A stretch of DNA of 64,000 nt from an uncultured Methanoregulaceae archaeon (GTDB lineage: Archaea > Halobacteriota > Methanomicrobia > Methanomicrobiales > Methanospirillaceae): contig CAVTTL010000001.1 of NCBI GenBank assembly GCA_963737635.1, forward strand, positions 44,999-108,998, in the 5' to 3' direction. Positions 40,430 to 51,245 of the stretch are shown piece after piece. How positions within the stretch are numbered: position 1 is the first letter of the stretch; each line of letters opens with the position of its first letter. Under the pieces are notes generated by a model. That model was not told the origin of the DNA. It saw only the letters and a list, made by a program, of their open reading frames with translations, and did not search any database. The position numbers and the translations under genes are program-made.

Positions 40430-41578
40430 CTATTTTTTTGCCGGCTCCTTTATAGTGAATGTCCTGAGGATCTCAAGAGAGATCTTTGTCCCAAGCGAGG
40501 GCTGGAGCGACTCGATCCATAAGAAAAACCCGACGCGTGACGGTGTCGGCCGCTCGAACCGGAAGTGGCCATCCTTTGTTTGCACCATCTTGAGGTACTC
40601 TTTTTTCTCTCTGGAACGGAGGTACAGGATCAATTCAAAGCCGGGGAGATCCGTCGCGAGGATTGCCTTTGAGAAATACCCGAAGAAATCAGCGTATTCA
40701 ATACGTTTGCCCTTGACCACTAAGCCGTACTGATCGCAGACCGCCTTTATCGCATGAGGGTACAGCGCCCCATACAAGATCTTTTTTACTAATGCCTCGG
40801 TATCGGTAGAAGGTACGAGATCTTTTTTTCCCCGGCCTTTCGTGATATCGGAGAAGATCCGGTTCCTGAACTCGTCATGGAACTTCCGGTAATCGATCGG
40901 GTGGGGAAGCGGGATATCGGTGGCGCGGATCAGCTTAGGATGGTTAGTAGGTTTTGTGTACAGGATGCGGGGCCGGTAATGCTTGACCAACGCTTTGATC
41001 TGCTCGCAGGAGCTGGTGTGGATGATCGCGTTATCGGGATCCTTTGCGAGCCGTTTTACGACTGAATAGTTAGAGATGTCAAAAGAAGAGACGAGGACAA
41101 ACGAGACGTGTTCCTGACCGTAAAGGTACCCGAGCAGCCGTTTTTTGAAGGCAATCTCGACCTCAAATTCCTTGAGGTCTGCCGGTGAGGTCACCACTTC
41201 GCCAAACGCTACCTGATCCCTGGAATCCACAAGGATAAGGTCAAACTCCGCAAGATCCTGCCCGTTTCCCCGGAAGGTAATATCCCCGTACTTGGAATAA
41301 AAAATGCCATTCTGGCCCAGGTATGCCTGTGCACCGGCACGAGGTGCATCGGCCCCTTTACGTGCAAGATATTTTATCTGGTTGGATTTCTGCGAGATCT
41401 CAAGGAACATTTCGTATACAATCGCCTCGAACCAGCGCCCTTCGGCTGTCCGCATGGGTTCGATATCGGGAGAGAACAGTTTCTTGCGTTCTGTCGTATT
41501 CATGTGCCGCGTAGCATTGAGCGCAATTGCTGCCGTGGGCTTAAAATTTCTAAAATTGGAGTTCAGCCACGGGATCAT
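40430..41578 (-). CDS. Hypothetical protein with possible PD-(D/E)xK-like N-terminal fold
   Basis: 382-aa ORF; GRWFEAIVYE...AEFDLILVD..VAFGEV. Confidence 0.6.
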   Translation of the reverse strand: MIPWLNSNFRNFKPTAAIALNATRHMNTTERKKLFSPDIEPMRTAEGRWFEAIVYEMFLEISQKSNQIKYLARKGADAPRAGAQAYLGQNGIFYSKYGDITFRGNGQDLAEFDLILVDSRDQVAFGEVVTSPADLKEFEVEIAFKKRLLGYLYGQEHVSFVLVSSFDISNYSVVKRLAKDPDNAIIHTSSCEQIKALVKHYRPRILYTKPTNHPKLIRATDIPLPHPIDYRKFHDEFRNRIFSDITKGRGKKDLVPSTDTEALVKKILYGALYPHAIKAVCDQYGLVVKGKRIEYADFFGYFSKAILATDLPGFELILYLRSREKKEYLKMVQTKDGHFRFERPTPSRVGFFLWIESLQPSLGTKISLEILRTFTIKEPAKK

Positions 41579-41748
41579 GATAGATTACCTATATTTTTCA
41601 CCGGCAGGCTAAATAATCTGCGAAAGAACCGCCCGGATAGGCCCAGGATTAGTAGATAGAAGCTAGGTATATATATAAAAGAAATATATTTCCACCATAT
41701 CTTCCGGTAACTGATTACCGGGAGGTTGAGGGGAGGGGGTAAAAATAG

Positions 41749-42110
41749 ATGATTCGCGAAAAAATGACTTCCGGTAAGGAACCGCTGCCTCGGTACACCA
41801 TGGCAGATGGATCCGCACCGGAATACGAAGCGATCCTTCAGCAGATCCAGAACTATCACATATCAATGATCGGCAGGTCATTCTATTACATCCATGCAGG
41901 ACAGACGGATGAACTGAGCCTGTGCAGGATCATCCCCAGTGGCGGCAAGATTTATTTCCATGAGATTGTCGATCACCGGAAATTCGGGATATCGGACGAT
42001 GATATGGAAGAAGCGTCGAAATTTACCACGGGTGTCTTTACTGTCCGGGGCATTTTCCTATCACGCCTCCCATCGAAAAGAAGCTGCGGGCGATTCTTAA
42101 CGCGAAATAA
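41749..42110 (+). CDS. Hypothetical protein (probable frameshift at ~42046)
   Basis: Adding one C at GTCCGGGG gives a natural-looking end FTVPGHFPITPPIEKKLRAILNAK*. Start uncertain. Confidence 0.55.
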
Positions 42111-42266
42111 ATAAAATCCCGGCCCGTTATTCCTGTCGATGTGACAGGAATAGAGGCCGGTGAACTTTTTTTTTACGGGAGGCCAAGGTAAAATTACCCT
42201 ACATCCCGGAGACACGATTACTGGCACCTTCTGACTTGACGGTATGCCTGCGTTTTAACCGTGTTT

Positions 42267-42620
<354 letters not shown>

Positions 42621-43829
42621 TCAAGCCCGCTCCCCATGCTGGGAGATATCGAGCCCGACGTATTCTTCTTCCTCGGTCACACGCAGCCCTATCGTTTTGT
42701 CTACGACAGTGGCAAGGATGTATGTGACCACGAACGCATAGATAACTGCCGATCCTGCACCAACAATCTGAGCGATGAACTGGTGGACATTGCCCTCGAT
42801 CAGACCTGATGCGCCATTAACGGCCGCGGATGCAAAGATACCGGTAGCAAGTGCGCCCCACAGGCCGCCCATACCGTGAACTGCCCATGCATCGAGACTC
42901 TCATCGATCCCCCTGCCCTGTCGCCAGAGCATGATAAAGTAGCACATTACGCCGGCTACTGCACCAATCGCGATCGATGCCATCGGCGTCACATACCCGG
43001 CAGCCGGTGTAATGGCAACAAGTCCTGCCACCGCGCCGGAAACAAACCCAAGCGAGCTTGGTTTGCCACCGTGTGCCCAGGAAACGAGCAGCCAGGCCAT
43101 TGCGGCGACAGCTGTCGCGGTGTTAGTCGTTACAAAGGCGTTGACCGCAAGACCGTTTGCGGCGACAGCACTTCCCGCGTTGAACCCGAACCAGCCAAAC
43201 CACAAGAGCACGGCACCGAGGATCGACCACGGGATATTAGCAGGTTCCATCGAGTATTTCCCATACCCGACCCGTTTGCCAATGACAAGCGCAAGGGCAA
43301 GCGCCGCAAAACCCGAGCTAATGTGGACAACGGTCCCGCCGGCAAAATCGATAGCACCGAACTGGGATGTCCAGCCGCCGCCCCACACCCAGTGGGCAAG
43401 TGGGTCGTAGACAATAGTCGTCCAGATCGCCGCAAAGATCAAGTACGAACTGAACTTTATACGCTCGGCGAAACCCGAAGTGACGATCGCCATGGTAACG
43501 GTGGCAAACACGAGCTGGAATACCATATACAGCATTCCCGGTACCACCGTGCTGTAGGGGCCGGGATCATTCATGCTCACACCGGTTAGGCCAAGGTTAC
43601 TCAGGTTGCCTACAAATCCACCGATGTCCGGGCCAAAGGCAAGCGAATACCCGATCAGTACCCACTGGATGCTTACGAGTGCGAAGGCCACAAATGACAG
43701 CGTTATCATATCAATAAAGTTTTTCTTCCTTACGAGACCGCCGTAGAAGAACCCGACCCCCGGCGTCATGATCATGACGAGCGCCGTCGAAGCGAGCACC
43801 CATGCAATTGCTCCAGAATCCAAAGCCAT
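42621..43829 (-). CDS. amtB: Ammonium transporter, canonical twin-His type
   Basis: [32 protein letters not shown] and EEYVGLD motifs. Confidence 0.96.
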   Translation of the reverse strand: MALDSGAIAWVLASTALVMIMTPGVGFFYGGLVRKKNFIDMITLSFVAFALVSIQWVLIGYSLAFGPDIGGFVGNLSNLGLTGVSMNDPGPYSTVVPGMLYMVFQLVFATVTMAIVTSGFAERIKFSSYLIFAAIWTTIVYDPLAHWVWGGGWTSQFGAIDFAGGTVVHISSGFAALALALVIGKRVGYGKYSMEPANIPWSILGAVLLWFGWFGFNAGSAVAANGLAVNAFVTTNTATAVAAMAWLLVSWAHGGKPSSLGFVSGAVAGLVAITPAAGYVTPMASIAIGAVAGVMCYFIMLWRQGRGIDESLDAWAVHGMGGLWGALATGIFASAAVNGASGLIEGNVHQFIAQIVGAGSAVIYAFVVTYILATVVDKTIGLRVTEEEEYVGLDISQHGERA

Positions 43830-44021
43830 TCAATTCACCTGTTTACTTGTAAATGGATCACACATGCCGCGAACCATTCCGACATGGTAACGAGACTCCC
43901 AAGACAGGGGCACAACAAGATGCCCGTGACAAGATCCGGAGAGAAAGTCCGGTATCACATTTGCATTCTGCTTGCCCTCCATCAACAAGATCCTCTTTAT
44001 ACCTAACAAAGATTGTAGGAA

Positions 44022-44047
44022 GGAAATTCTATTCCCATGATTATAAA
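44022..44047 (-). promoter_or_regulatory. amtB-glnK promoter: TATA plus NrpR-type operator GGAA-N6-TTCC
   Basis: GGAA-ATTCTA-TTCC at 44022-44035; minus-strand TTTATAA at 44047-44041. Confidence 0.8.
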
Positions 44048-44139
44048 TTTTACTATTTTCTTGGGTTTCGTGTGAAATTCTGACTCGGAGATACCAATCT
44101 GGATTACTACAATAAACAATATCAAAAAAAGGAATGGAG

Positions 44140-45336
44140 TTATGCCCGTTCGCCGTGATGGCAGATGTCAAGTCCGACGTACTCTTCGTCAGGTGTGACC
44201 CGCAGTCCTATGATACGATCGATAAGGACTGCGACTATATAGGTCGCGACGAAGGCATAGACCACGGCGGCACCCGCACCCAGCGCATTGATCAGGAACT
44301 GGTGCACATTTCCTTCAAAGAGCCCGGAGAATCCTGCAACAGCTGCTGCCGCAAAAAGGCCTGTAGCAAGGGTGCCCCATACGCCACCCATGCCATGAAT
44401 TGCCCATGCATCCAGGCTCTCATCGAGCTGTTTGCTGATCCGCAGGAGCATCATACCAAAACAGAGTACACCTGCTACGGCACCGATAAAGATCGCAACA
44501 AGCGGCGTGACAAACCCGGCGGCAGGAGTAATCGCAACCATCCCGGCGATCGCACCACTTACCATCCCAAGGGAACTGGGTTTGCCATTGTACCAGCTGG
44601 CAAACATCCACGCAAGTGCACCAGTGGCGGCAGCTGTATTCGTGTTCACAAAGGCGGTAACTGCACTTGCATTCACGGCGAGAGCGCTGCCGGCATTGAA
44701 CCCGAACCACCCGAACCAGAGCAAGGCTGCGCCCAGAAGCGCGATTGGGATATTGTGAGGTTCTAGCGAGTATTCGCCAAAGCCGGCCCGTTTACCGATC
44801 ACAAGCGCAAGGGCGAGCGCGGCAAACCCTGAACAGATCTCGACAACGGTCCCACCGGCAAAATCAATAAGCCCCATCTGCTGTGCCCAACCGCCACCCC
44901 ATGCCCAATGTGCGAGCGGACAGTAAACAACGGTCAGCCAGATGAGCGCAAAAACAATAAACGACGTTAGCTTGACCCTCTCTGCTACTGCTGAGGTCAC
45001 GATAGTCAACGTAACTGAGGCAAAGAAAAGCTGGAAGGCCATGTAAACAAGCGGCGGATAGGCCGCAGTGCCCGCACTTGCACTTACCCCGTTCAGCCCC
45101 AGGTACTGAAGATTGCCAATGAATCCTCCTATATCAGAGCCAAAAGCAAGCGAGTACCCTATCAGGATCCATTGGACACTGGTAAGCGCAAGCACCAGGA
45201 ACGAGAGCGCGATCATCGAGATAAAATTCTTCTTTCGGACAAGTCCGCCATAAAAAAACCCGACCCCCGGGGTCATCAGCATAACAAGAAGCGCCGAGAC
45301 CATGAGCCAAGTTGTAACACCGGTATCCAGAGCCAT
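44140..45336 (-). CDS. amt: Second ammonium transporter, Glu-His variant
   Basis: [13 protein letters not shown] (Glu at the first pore-His position), [19 protein letters not shown]. Confidence 0.95.
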   Translation of the reverse strand: MALDTGVTTWLMVSALLVMLMTPGVGFFYGGLVRKKNFISMIALSFLVLALTSVQWILIGYSLAFGSDIGGFIGNLQYLGLNGVSASAGTAAYPPLVYMAFQLFFASVTLTIVTSAVAERVKLTSFIVFALIWLTVVYCPLAHWAWGGGWAQQMGLIDFAGGTVVEICSGFAALALALVIGKRAGFGEYSLEPHNIPIALLGAALLWFGWFGFNAGSALAVNASAVTAFVNTNTAAATGALAWMFASWYNGKPSSLGMVSGAIAGMVAITPAAGFVTPLVAIFIGAVAGVLCFGMMLLRISKQLDESLDAWAIHGMGGVWGTLATGLFAAAAVAGFSGLFEGNVHQFLINALGAGAAVVYAFVATYIVAVLIDRIIGLRVTPDEEYVGLDICHHGERA

Positions 45337-45645
45337 AATAATCTCCTGTAACTTTTACGTGGCCATCACGGATCCAAAAGAAAAAAACAGGCAGAGCCTA
45401 TGCTGGATACGGGGAATACACATCCGTCGTGTATCTATGCACACGACCGTGCACTCCCTCTATCCCCTATCTTTTCTTTATCCAACGGCCAACGGGCAGT
45501 TACCGGATAAAAAGTCCAGCCTGTCCTGACTGTGCGGGAAAATTTAGAGATTAGGTAGTGAGGTGGCAGCCCGGTCTCCACGATGAATCGCGAAACGGAA
45601 GGCACCGGCCCCAATCGTCTTGAGAACCTTTACTGCCAACATACT

Positions 45646-45680
45646 GGAACTAATTTTCCAACCAATTACATTTATATTTT
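45646..45680. promoter_or_regulatory. Divergent amt2/glutamate synthase promoter region with NrpR-type operator
   Basis: GGAA-CTAATT-TTCC at 45646-45659; TTTATATTTT at 45671-45680 is TATA-like on both strands. Confidence 0.75.
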
Positions 45681-45804
45681 CTGAACTAACCTTGAAGAGA
45701 ATGCTTACATTCAATTCAGTGAACGTGTCAATACTATACGTTTCAATTTCTGGCTGGGCTCTGGCCGGCCGGGAACTAACCAGACATCCCGATTGTGATA
45801 GAAA

Positions 45805-46854
45805 ATGTGTGGAATTATTGGTGTCATAGATAAACGCCGCCAGTTAATGGACGGTAGTAAGATACGTGCATCGCTCGCGATGATGAACGAGCGGGGAAAT
45901 GGCGAAGGAGCCGGTTATGCTGCCTATGGTATTTACCCGGACTTTAAGGACGCCTACGCCCTCCATGTCTTCCTTGACAACGTAAAAGAGAATAAACCGG
46001 CACTCGTGAAGGAGCTTGAATCGTGGGGTACGATCATCCACGACGAACCTATACCAACCTACGAAGCCGGGATAAAAAAAGTCCATACCCCGTGGCGGTT
46101 TTTTTATACACCTGACATGAGCCGGGCACAGGAGCCTCGCACAACGGCTGATGATATGATCACCTCGCTTATCATGCGGGTAAATACTATGCATAAAGGC
46201 ACCCTGATATTCTCATCGGGAAAGAACATGGGCGTCTTCAAGGCTTCGGGATGGCCTGAGCAGGTTGCCGATCTCTACCACATCGAAAACTACAAGGGAT
46301 ACCTCTGGCTTGCCCATAATCGGTACCCGACGAACACCGCCGGCTGGTGGGGCGGGGCACATCCTTTTAACCTCCTTGACTGGAGCGTAGTCCATAATGG
46401 TGAGATTACCTCATACGGGACAAACCGGCGTTATATCGAGAGTTATGGGTACGAATGTACGATGTTTACCGACACCGAAGTCGTGGCGTACCTGGTTGAT
46501 CTTCTGGTTAGGAAGCATGGTCTCTCCGAGAAACTGGCGATGCGTGCTCTTGCCCCGCCGTTTTGGGACGAGATTGATGTGATGCCTGAAAAAGAACAGG
46601 AGCTCAACCGGGCGCTCCGTCTTACCTACGGCCCGGCGCTCATGAACGGCCCGTTTGCGATCTGCGTAGCAACTTCTGATATGCTGCTCGGGTTCACCGA
46701 CCGGATCAAGCTGCGCCCCTTGGTCACCGGTGAGCATGGCGACCGGCTTTATATCTCCAGCGAAGAGGCAGCAATCCGGAGGATCGAACCGGAGATTAGA
46801 GACGTCAGTATGCCAAAGGCTGGCGAACCCGTCATCGGGAGGGTTGTCGCATGA
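45805..46854 (+). CDS. gltB1: Glutamate synthase, glutamine amidotransferase subunit
   Basis: N-terminal MCGI (Ntn Cys), ERGNGEGAG, AHNRYPTNT, HPF, VHNGEI, DTEV. Confidence 0.9.
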   Translation: MCGIIGVIDKRRQLMDGSKIRASLAMMNERGNGEGAGYAAYGIYPDFKDAYALHVFLDNVKENKPALVKELESWGTIIHDEPIPTYEAGIKKVHTPWRFFYTPDMSRAQEPRTTADDMITSLIMRVNTMHKGTLIFSSGKNMGVFKASGWPEQVADLYHIENYKGYLWLAHNRYPTNTAGWWGGAHPFNLLDWSVVHNGEITSYGTNRRYIESYGYECTMFTDTEVVAYLVDLLVRKHGLSEKLAMRALAPPFWDEIDVMPEKEQELNRALRLTYGPALMNGPFAICVATSDMLLGFTDRIKLRPLVTGEHGDRLYISSEEAAIRRIEPEIRDVSMPKAGEPVIGRVVA

Positions 46855-48363
46855 GCATCGGCAGCATCCCCCTCAGGTTCAAGGTCGAATTGGACACAGA
46901 GCGTTGCATGAACTGCGGCCGCTGCATCGAGAACTGCTCGTATGGCGTGTTCCGGAGAGAGAATGACAAGATTGTCATTAATTCCCGCAACTGCGTGGCC
47001 TGTCACCGCTGTCTTGCGTTCTGCCCACGCGATGCACTCAGCATCTACGAGAAACCCACGGATTACCGGAGCCACCCTGTCTGGACCCGGGAGATTCGCG
47101 AAGCGGTTTTCAATCAGGCAAAAACAGGCAAGATTATTCTTGCCGGGATGGGAAACGTCCTTCCCTACCCGATGATCTTTGACCGGCTCGTGCTTGATGC
47201 ATGTCAGGTTACCAACCCCTCGATCGACCCGCTTCGCGAACCCATGGAGCTGCGGACGTATATCGGGAAAAAACCTACGGCGCTCTCAGTGAAAGAGTAC
47301 CCGAATGGCGATACCGATCTCCTCACCAAACTCGCACCAAACCTCAAACTCGAGACGCCAATTATGATTGGCCATATGAGTTATGGTGCGATCAGCCTGA
47401 ATGCCCAGACCGCACTTGCAAAAGCAGTAACGAAGGTAGGGACGTTCATGGGTACTGGTGAAGGAGGACTCCACGAGTCGCTCTACCCGTACCAGAGTAA
47501 TATAATAGTTCAGGTTGCTTCGGGCAGGTTCGGCGTCGACATCAACTATCTCGAACGCGGAGCTGCCATCGAGATCAAAATCGGCCAGGGCGCAAAGCCG
47601 GGGATTGGCGGCCACCTGCCGGGTGAAAAAGTATGCGCCGATGTTTCCTGTACCAGGATGATTCCTGAGGGAAGCGATGCAATCAGCCCGGCCCCGCACC
47701 ATGACATTTACAGTATCGAGGATCTCAAACAACTCGTGCACAGTCTCAAGGAAGCAACCGAGTGGAAGAAACCGGTATTTGTGAAAATCGCGGCAGTCCA
47801 TAATTCTGCGGCGATCGCGGCCGGAATCGCCCGGTCAGGAGCCGATGCGGTAGTAGTCGACGGTTTCCGTGGCGGTACTGGTGCGGCGCCCCGGGTCTTC
47901 CGCGACCATGTGGGCATCCCGATTGAGGCGGCAGTTGCAAGTGTCGATGCGAAGCTGCGCTCCCAGGGTATCAGGAACGAGGTCTCGATCATTGCAAGTG
48001 GCGGGATCCGGGAGAGTGCAGACATCGCAAAGATCATCTGCCTCGGCGCCGACGCCGTTTACATCGGTACCTCGGCTCTCGTCGCGATGGGCTGCCGGGT
48101 CTGTGGTACCTGTAACCGGGGCACCTGCGCATGGGGGATTGCAACCCAGAAACCGGAACTCGACTAAGAGACTCGATCCGGAGACAAACGCGGTGCAGGT
48201 TGCAAACCTGATCCATGCGTGGACTGACGAGATCGCAGAACTCATGGGCGCCGCCGGTATCAACAGTATCGAGAGCCTGCGGGGGAACCGCGACCGGCTC
48301 CGGGGCTACATGCTGGATGAGGGGCTCCTCAAAGTGCTAGACGTAAAATCTGTGGGGGCATAA
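46851..48363 (+). CDS. gltB2: Glutamate synthase FMN-binding subunit with N-terminal 2x[4Fe-4S] domain (apparent +1 frameshift at ~48163)
   Basis: CMNCGRCIENC and CVACHRCLAFC, MSYGAIS, TGEGG, QVASGRFG, EIKIGQGAKPGIGGHLPG, HHDIYSIEDL. The second frame continues KRLDPETNA...RGNRDRL. Confidence 0.92.
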
Positions 48364-48368
48364 AACCG

Positions 48369-49112
48369 ATGTCAGCATTACATATCGATGCATGCAACCT
48401 GCACTATACTCCTCTTAACCAGCAGATCCGGAAAGCCATCAGCGAAGGTGCAAAGGAGATCGTGATCGACAACGTGCTGGGCCAGCGGTTCATCGGGGAC
48501 GGGCTCAAAGGGGATGACGTGAAGATCACGGTCAACGGTGTCCCAGGCGGCGATCTCGCGATGTTCATGAGCGGCCCGACCATCATCGTCCATGGGAACG
48601 CGGATCATGCTCCCGGCAACACCATGAACCAGGGAAACGTGATTATCCACGGGAGCGCTGGTGATGCGACTGCCCACAGTATGCGGGGCGGCAGGGTTTA
48701 TGTAAAAAACAATATCGGGTACCGGGGCGGCATCCATATGAAGCAGTACATGGAAAAGCGCCCGATTCTCGTGGTGGGAGGTTCTGCCCGCGCATTTCTC
48801 GGTGAGTACATGGCAGGAGGGCTCCTGATTGTCCTCGGTTTAAACGGCCAGGCACCAGTCGCTGAGCGCGGCGTGGGGAGCGGCATCCACGGCGGCGAGA
48901 TCTTTGTCCGGGGGATAGTCGAAGACAAATACCTCGGTGTCGGCGCCCGGCAACTGCCGGCAACTGCGGAACAGATGGCAATGATACGACCTGTTATCGA
49001 AGATTTTGCACACTCGTTCGGGATCGATCCGGCACCGTTGCTTTCCGCACCTTATTCCCGGATTGCTGCTTCAAGTGCACGACCGTTTGCAAGCAAGTAT
49101 ACACCGGAGTGA
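48369..49112 (+). CDS. gltB3: Glutamate synthase GXGXG (domain 3) subunit
   Basis: GQRFIGDG, GVPGGDLAMFMSG, GDATAHSMRGG, FLGEYMAGG. Confidence 0.9.
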   Translation: MSALHIDACNLHYTPLNQQIRKAISEGAKEIVIDNVLGQRFIGDGLKGDDVKITVNGVPGGDLAMFMSGPTIIVHGNADHAPGNTMNQGNVIIHGSAGDATAHSMRGGRVYVKNNIGYRGGIHMKQYMEKRPILVVGGSARAFLGEYMAGGLLIVLGLNGQAPVAERGVGSGIHGGEIFVRGIVEDKYLGVGARQLPATAEQMAMIRPVIEDFAHSFGIDPAPLLSAPYSRIAASSARPFASKYTPE

Positions 49113-50137
49113 TGGCGATGGCAGATAAGAGTTATCTTGATTTGAAAAGCGAGGTCTGGGACACAAAAAAATGTTCGGGCTGCGGTGCCTGTGTAGCCGT
49201 CTGCCCGGCCGACGCCCTCTCCTTTGCAGAAGGAGAGATGGTGGCAACCCCGAGAAGCAATGGGTACTGTAAGCAGGCGACCGACAACGTTCCCTGTGGG
49301 GCGTGTTACGCCGTCTGCCCCAGGACCAGCGACCAGCAGAATGATACGCTTGGCGCATACCTCGAATTATTCTCAGCAAAATCAACCTTTGAGATCCCGC
49401 ACCGGCAGAGTGGCGGGGCAGTAACGGCAATTCTTGCAAATGCCCTTGATGCAGGCCTAATCGATGCCGTGGTAACCGTAACCGAAGACCCCTGGACGCT
49501 CCAGCCTTCTTCTGCGATCATTACGAAGTCCGAGATCCTTATCCGGGAAGCCGGCAGCCGGTACAGCTGGTGGGTGCCACTCCTTGCAGCACTCAAAGAC
49601 GCTGCGATAACCAGGAAGTATACGAAAATTGCAGTAATCGGTGTTCCCTGCGCAGTCCAGGCCGCTGCCCGGATCCGGGCGAGTGAGAACGATCTCCTGC
49701 GTCCCTATGCTAAGGCGATCCGGCTCGTCATCGGCCTTTTCTGCACTGAGACCTTCGATTATGCGAGCCTCGTGCATGGCAAGCTCGAAAAGAAATACAA
49801 GATTGCACCGCACGAGATACGAAAACTGGACGTTAAAGGCAGACTCGATATCTTAAAACAGGACGGGGCACATCTCTCTGTCCCACTTGCCGATCTTGAG
49901 GACACGATCCGACCTGGGTGCCGGATCTGCACGGACTTTTCCTCACTCGGTGCCGACATTTCAGCCGGGGCGGTCGGAAGCCCGGCGGGATATACAACAC
50001 TGGTCATCCGCACTGCAACAGGCAAGGGGTTTATTGAGAGTGCGGTGCGGAATAAAAGATTAGTCACTGAGCTCGGTGTTGACACTGCAGCGATAGAGAA
50101 ACTGGCTACATCCAAGATCAAGAAAAATTCCCGGTAA
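49112..50137 (+). CDS. Coenzyme F420 hydrogenase/dehydrogenase beta-subunit (FrhB-like) protein with ferredoxin domain
   Basis: CSGCGACVAVCP, QSGGAVTAIL, AGSRY, IGVPC, IGLFCTETF, CRICTDF, ADISAGAVGS; start overlaps the gltB3 stop. Confidence 0.88.
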   Translation: MAMADKSYLDLKSEVWDTKKCSGCGACVAVCPADALSFAEGEMVATPRSNGYCKQATDNVPCGACYAVCPRTSDQQNDTLGAYLELFSAKSTFEIPHRQSGGAVTAILANALDAGLIDAVVTVTEDPWTLQPSSAIITKSEILIREAGSRYSWWVPLLAALKDAAITRKYTKIAVIGVPCAVQAAARIRASENDLLRPYAKAIRLVIGLFCTETFDYASLVHGKLEKKYKIAPHEIRKLDVKGRLDILKQDGAHLSVPLADLEDTIRPGCRICTDFSSLGADISAGAVGSPAGYTTLVIRTATGKGFIESAVRNKRLVTELGVDTAAIEKLATSKIKKNSR

Positions 50138-50501
50138 ATCTTTTTTAATCAGATAGTTTTTGTTCAGGGATAGATTCTCGTCACCTGGTCTACAACCCCA
50201 GAATAGAGATGCTGTTGCATTGATAGTTGATTTGAATATTTTACGAGACGAAAATTGGTCACCAACCATACATCAGAAATTAACGAGATATGAGTTTAGG
50301 TATTATTCTTAATCAATCCCTGGTAAAATTCTCCTGTCGGTGTGAGAATGCCGACCCGGATATTTGCCGCCGCGATCGTGTTTTCAGCATCTGCCCGGCC
50401 ACTATAGTTCAAAGCGTCGATAGCCGGAGAATAATCGGTATAGCCGAATGGTCTAAAAAGGATCCTCCAGAGCTCATGACAAAATAAGTAACCGGCTGTC
50501 G

Positions 50502-51245
50502 TTATCTTCTCTTTTCGCCCAATACGATAATCACAGTTCCTGTTGCTGCGATGACAATGACCGCAGAAAGTGGGGTCTCCGTGGGCGGTGTTTTCGCAGG
50601 ACTACCGACAGAGGTGAGAACGAGTATCGGCAGCGATGTTGAATTAATCACCGGCACCGGTATGGTCGTGATTGTTGTCGTCGGCAAAGAAGTCGCGAGG
50701 GCATGGGGTGGGGATAACGTTACTATCGGGGTTGGAACCTGAGTAGGTGTGCCCAGCGCAACACTGACTTCCTGGCTGGGTGCTGCCGGGTTCTGGGCTA
50801 CAATAGAGAATGACTGTGCTGCGGTGGCTTGCGAGGTTCGAAATGCAACGACGCCAATTCCGTTCGAATCCGTGGTTACCTGGGCATAGTAACTGGTATT
50901 CGAGATCGTTGATGACGATGGAGCGACGTCGTCGAGGATCGTACGGCCGCCGCCACCATAATACTGGTAGGATCCAATAGTGTAGGGGCCGTCTGGAGGA
51001 TCCTGCACGATATTTAACTGGTTGGATACGATAACCGGTGGCTGTTGACCCGGTTCCCCACTAAGTGAAAAGGTCCCTTTCAACCAGACATAATAGACCG
51101 TATTCGGTATTCCCGCGATTGTGACCGTGAATGTCTGGCTCCGGGTAACGGAACCTTCGCTTTGGGCACCGGCTGGCGGCAGGATAACGGCAATGAGAAG
51201 GAGGATCAACAAAATCACTCCCGCATATGCACATTTTCTTAACAT
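50502..51245 (-). CDS. Secreted S-layer-like module protein with C-terminal TPL-TM-basic anchor
   Basis: Signal peptide, FTVTIAGIPNTVYYVWLKG, Thr/Pro linker, tail TETPLSAVIVIAATGTVIIVLGEKRR. Confidence 0.7.
   Translation of the reverse strand: MLRKCAYAGVILLILLLIAVILPPAGAQSEGSVTRSQTFTVTIAGIPNTVYYVWLKGTFSLSGEPGQQPPVIVSNQLNIVQDPPDGPYTIGSYQYYGGGGRTILDDVAPSSSTISNTSYYAQVTTDSNGIGVVAFRTSQATAAQSFSIVAQNPAAPSQEVSVALGTPTQVPTPIVTLSPPHALATSLPTTTITTIPVPVINSTSLPILVLTSVGSPAKTPPTETPLSAVIVIAATGTVIIVLGEKRR

Noticed and set aside
41680-41693. Third NrpR site (AGAA-ATATAT-TTCC) just after a TATA run
   Set aside because: One mismatch in a very AT-rich context, upstream of a gene of unknown function; cannot be distinguished from chance.
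13975-42200. Intact integrative element or provirus at tRNA-Leu
   Set aside because: I found no integrase, transposase or viral gene and no second copy of the tRNA 3' end.
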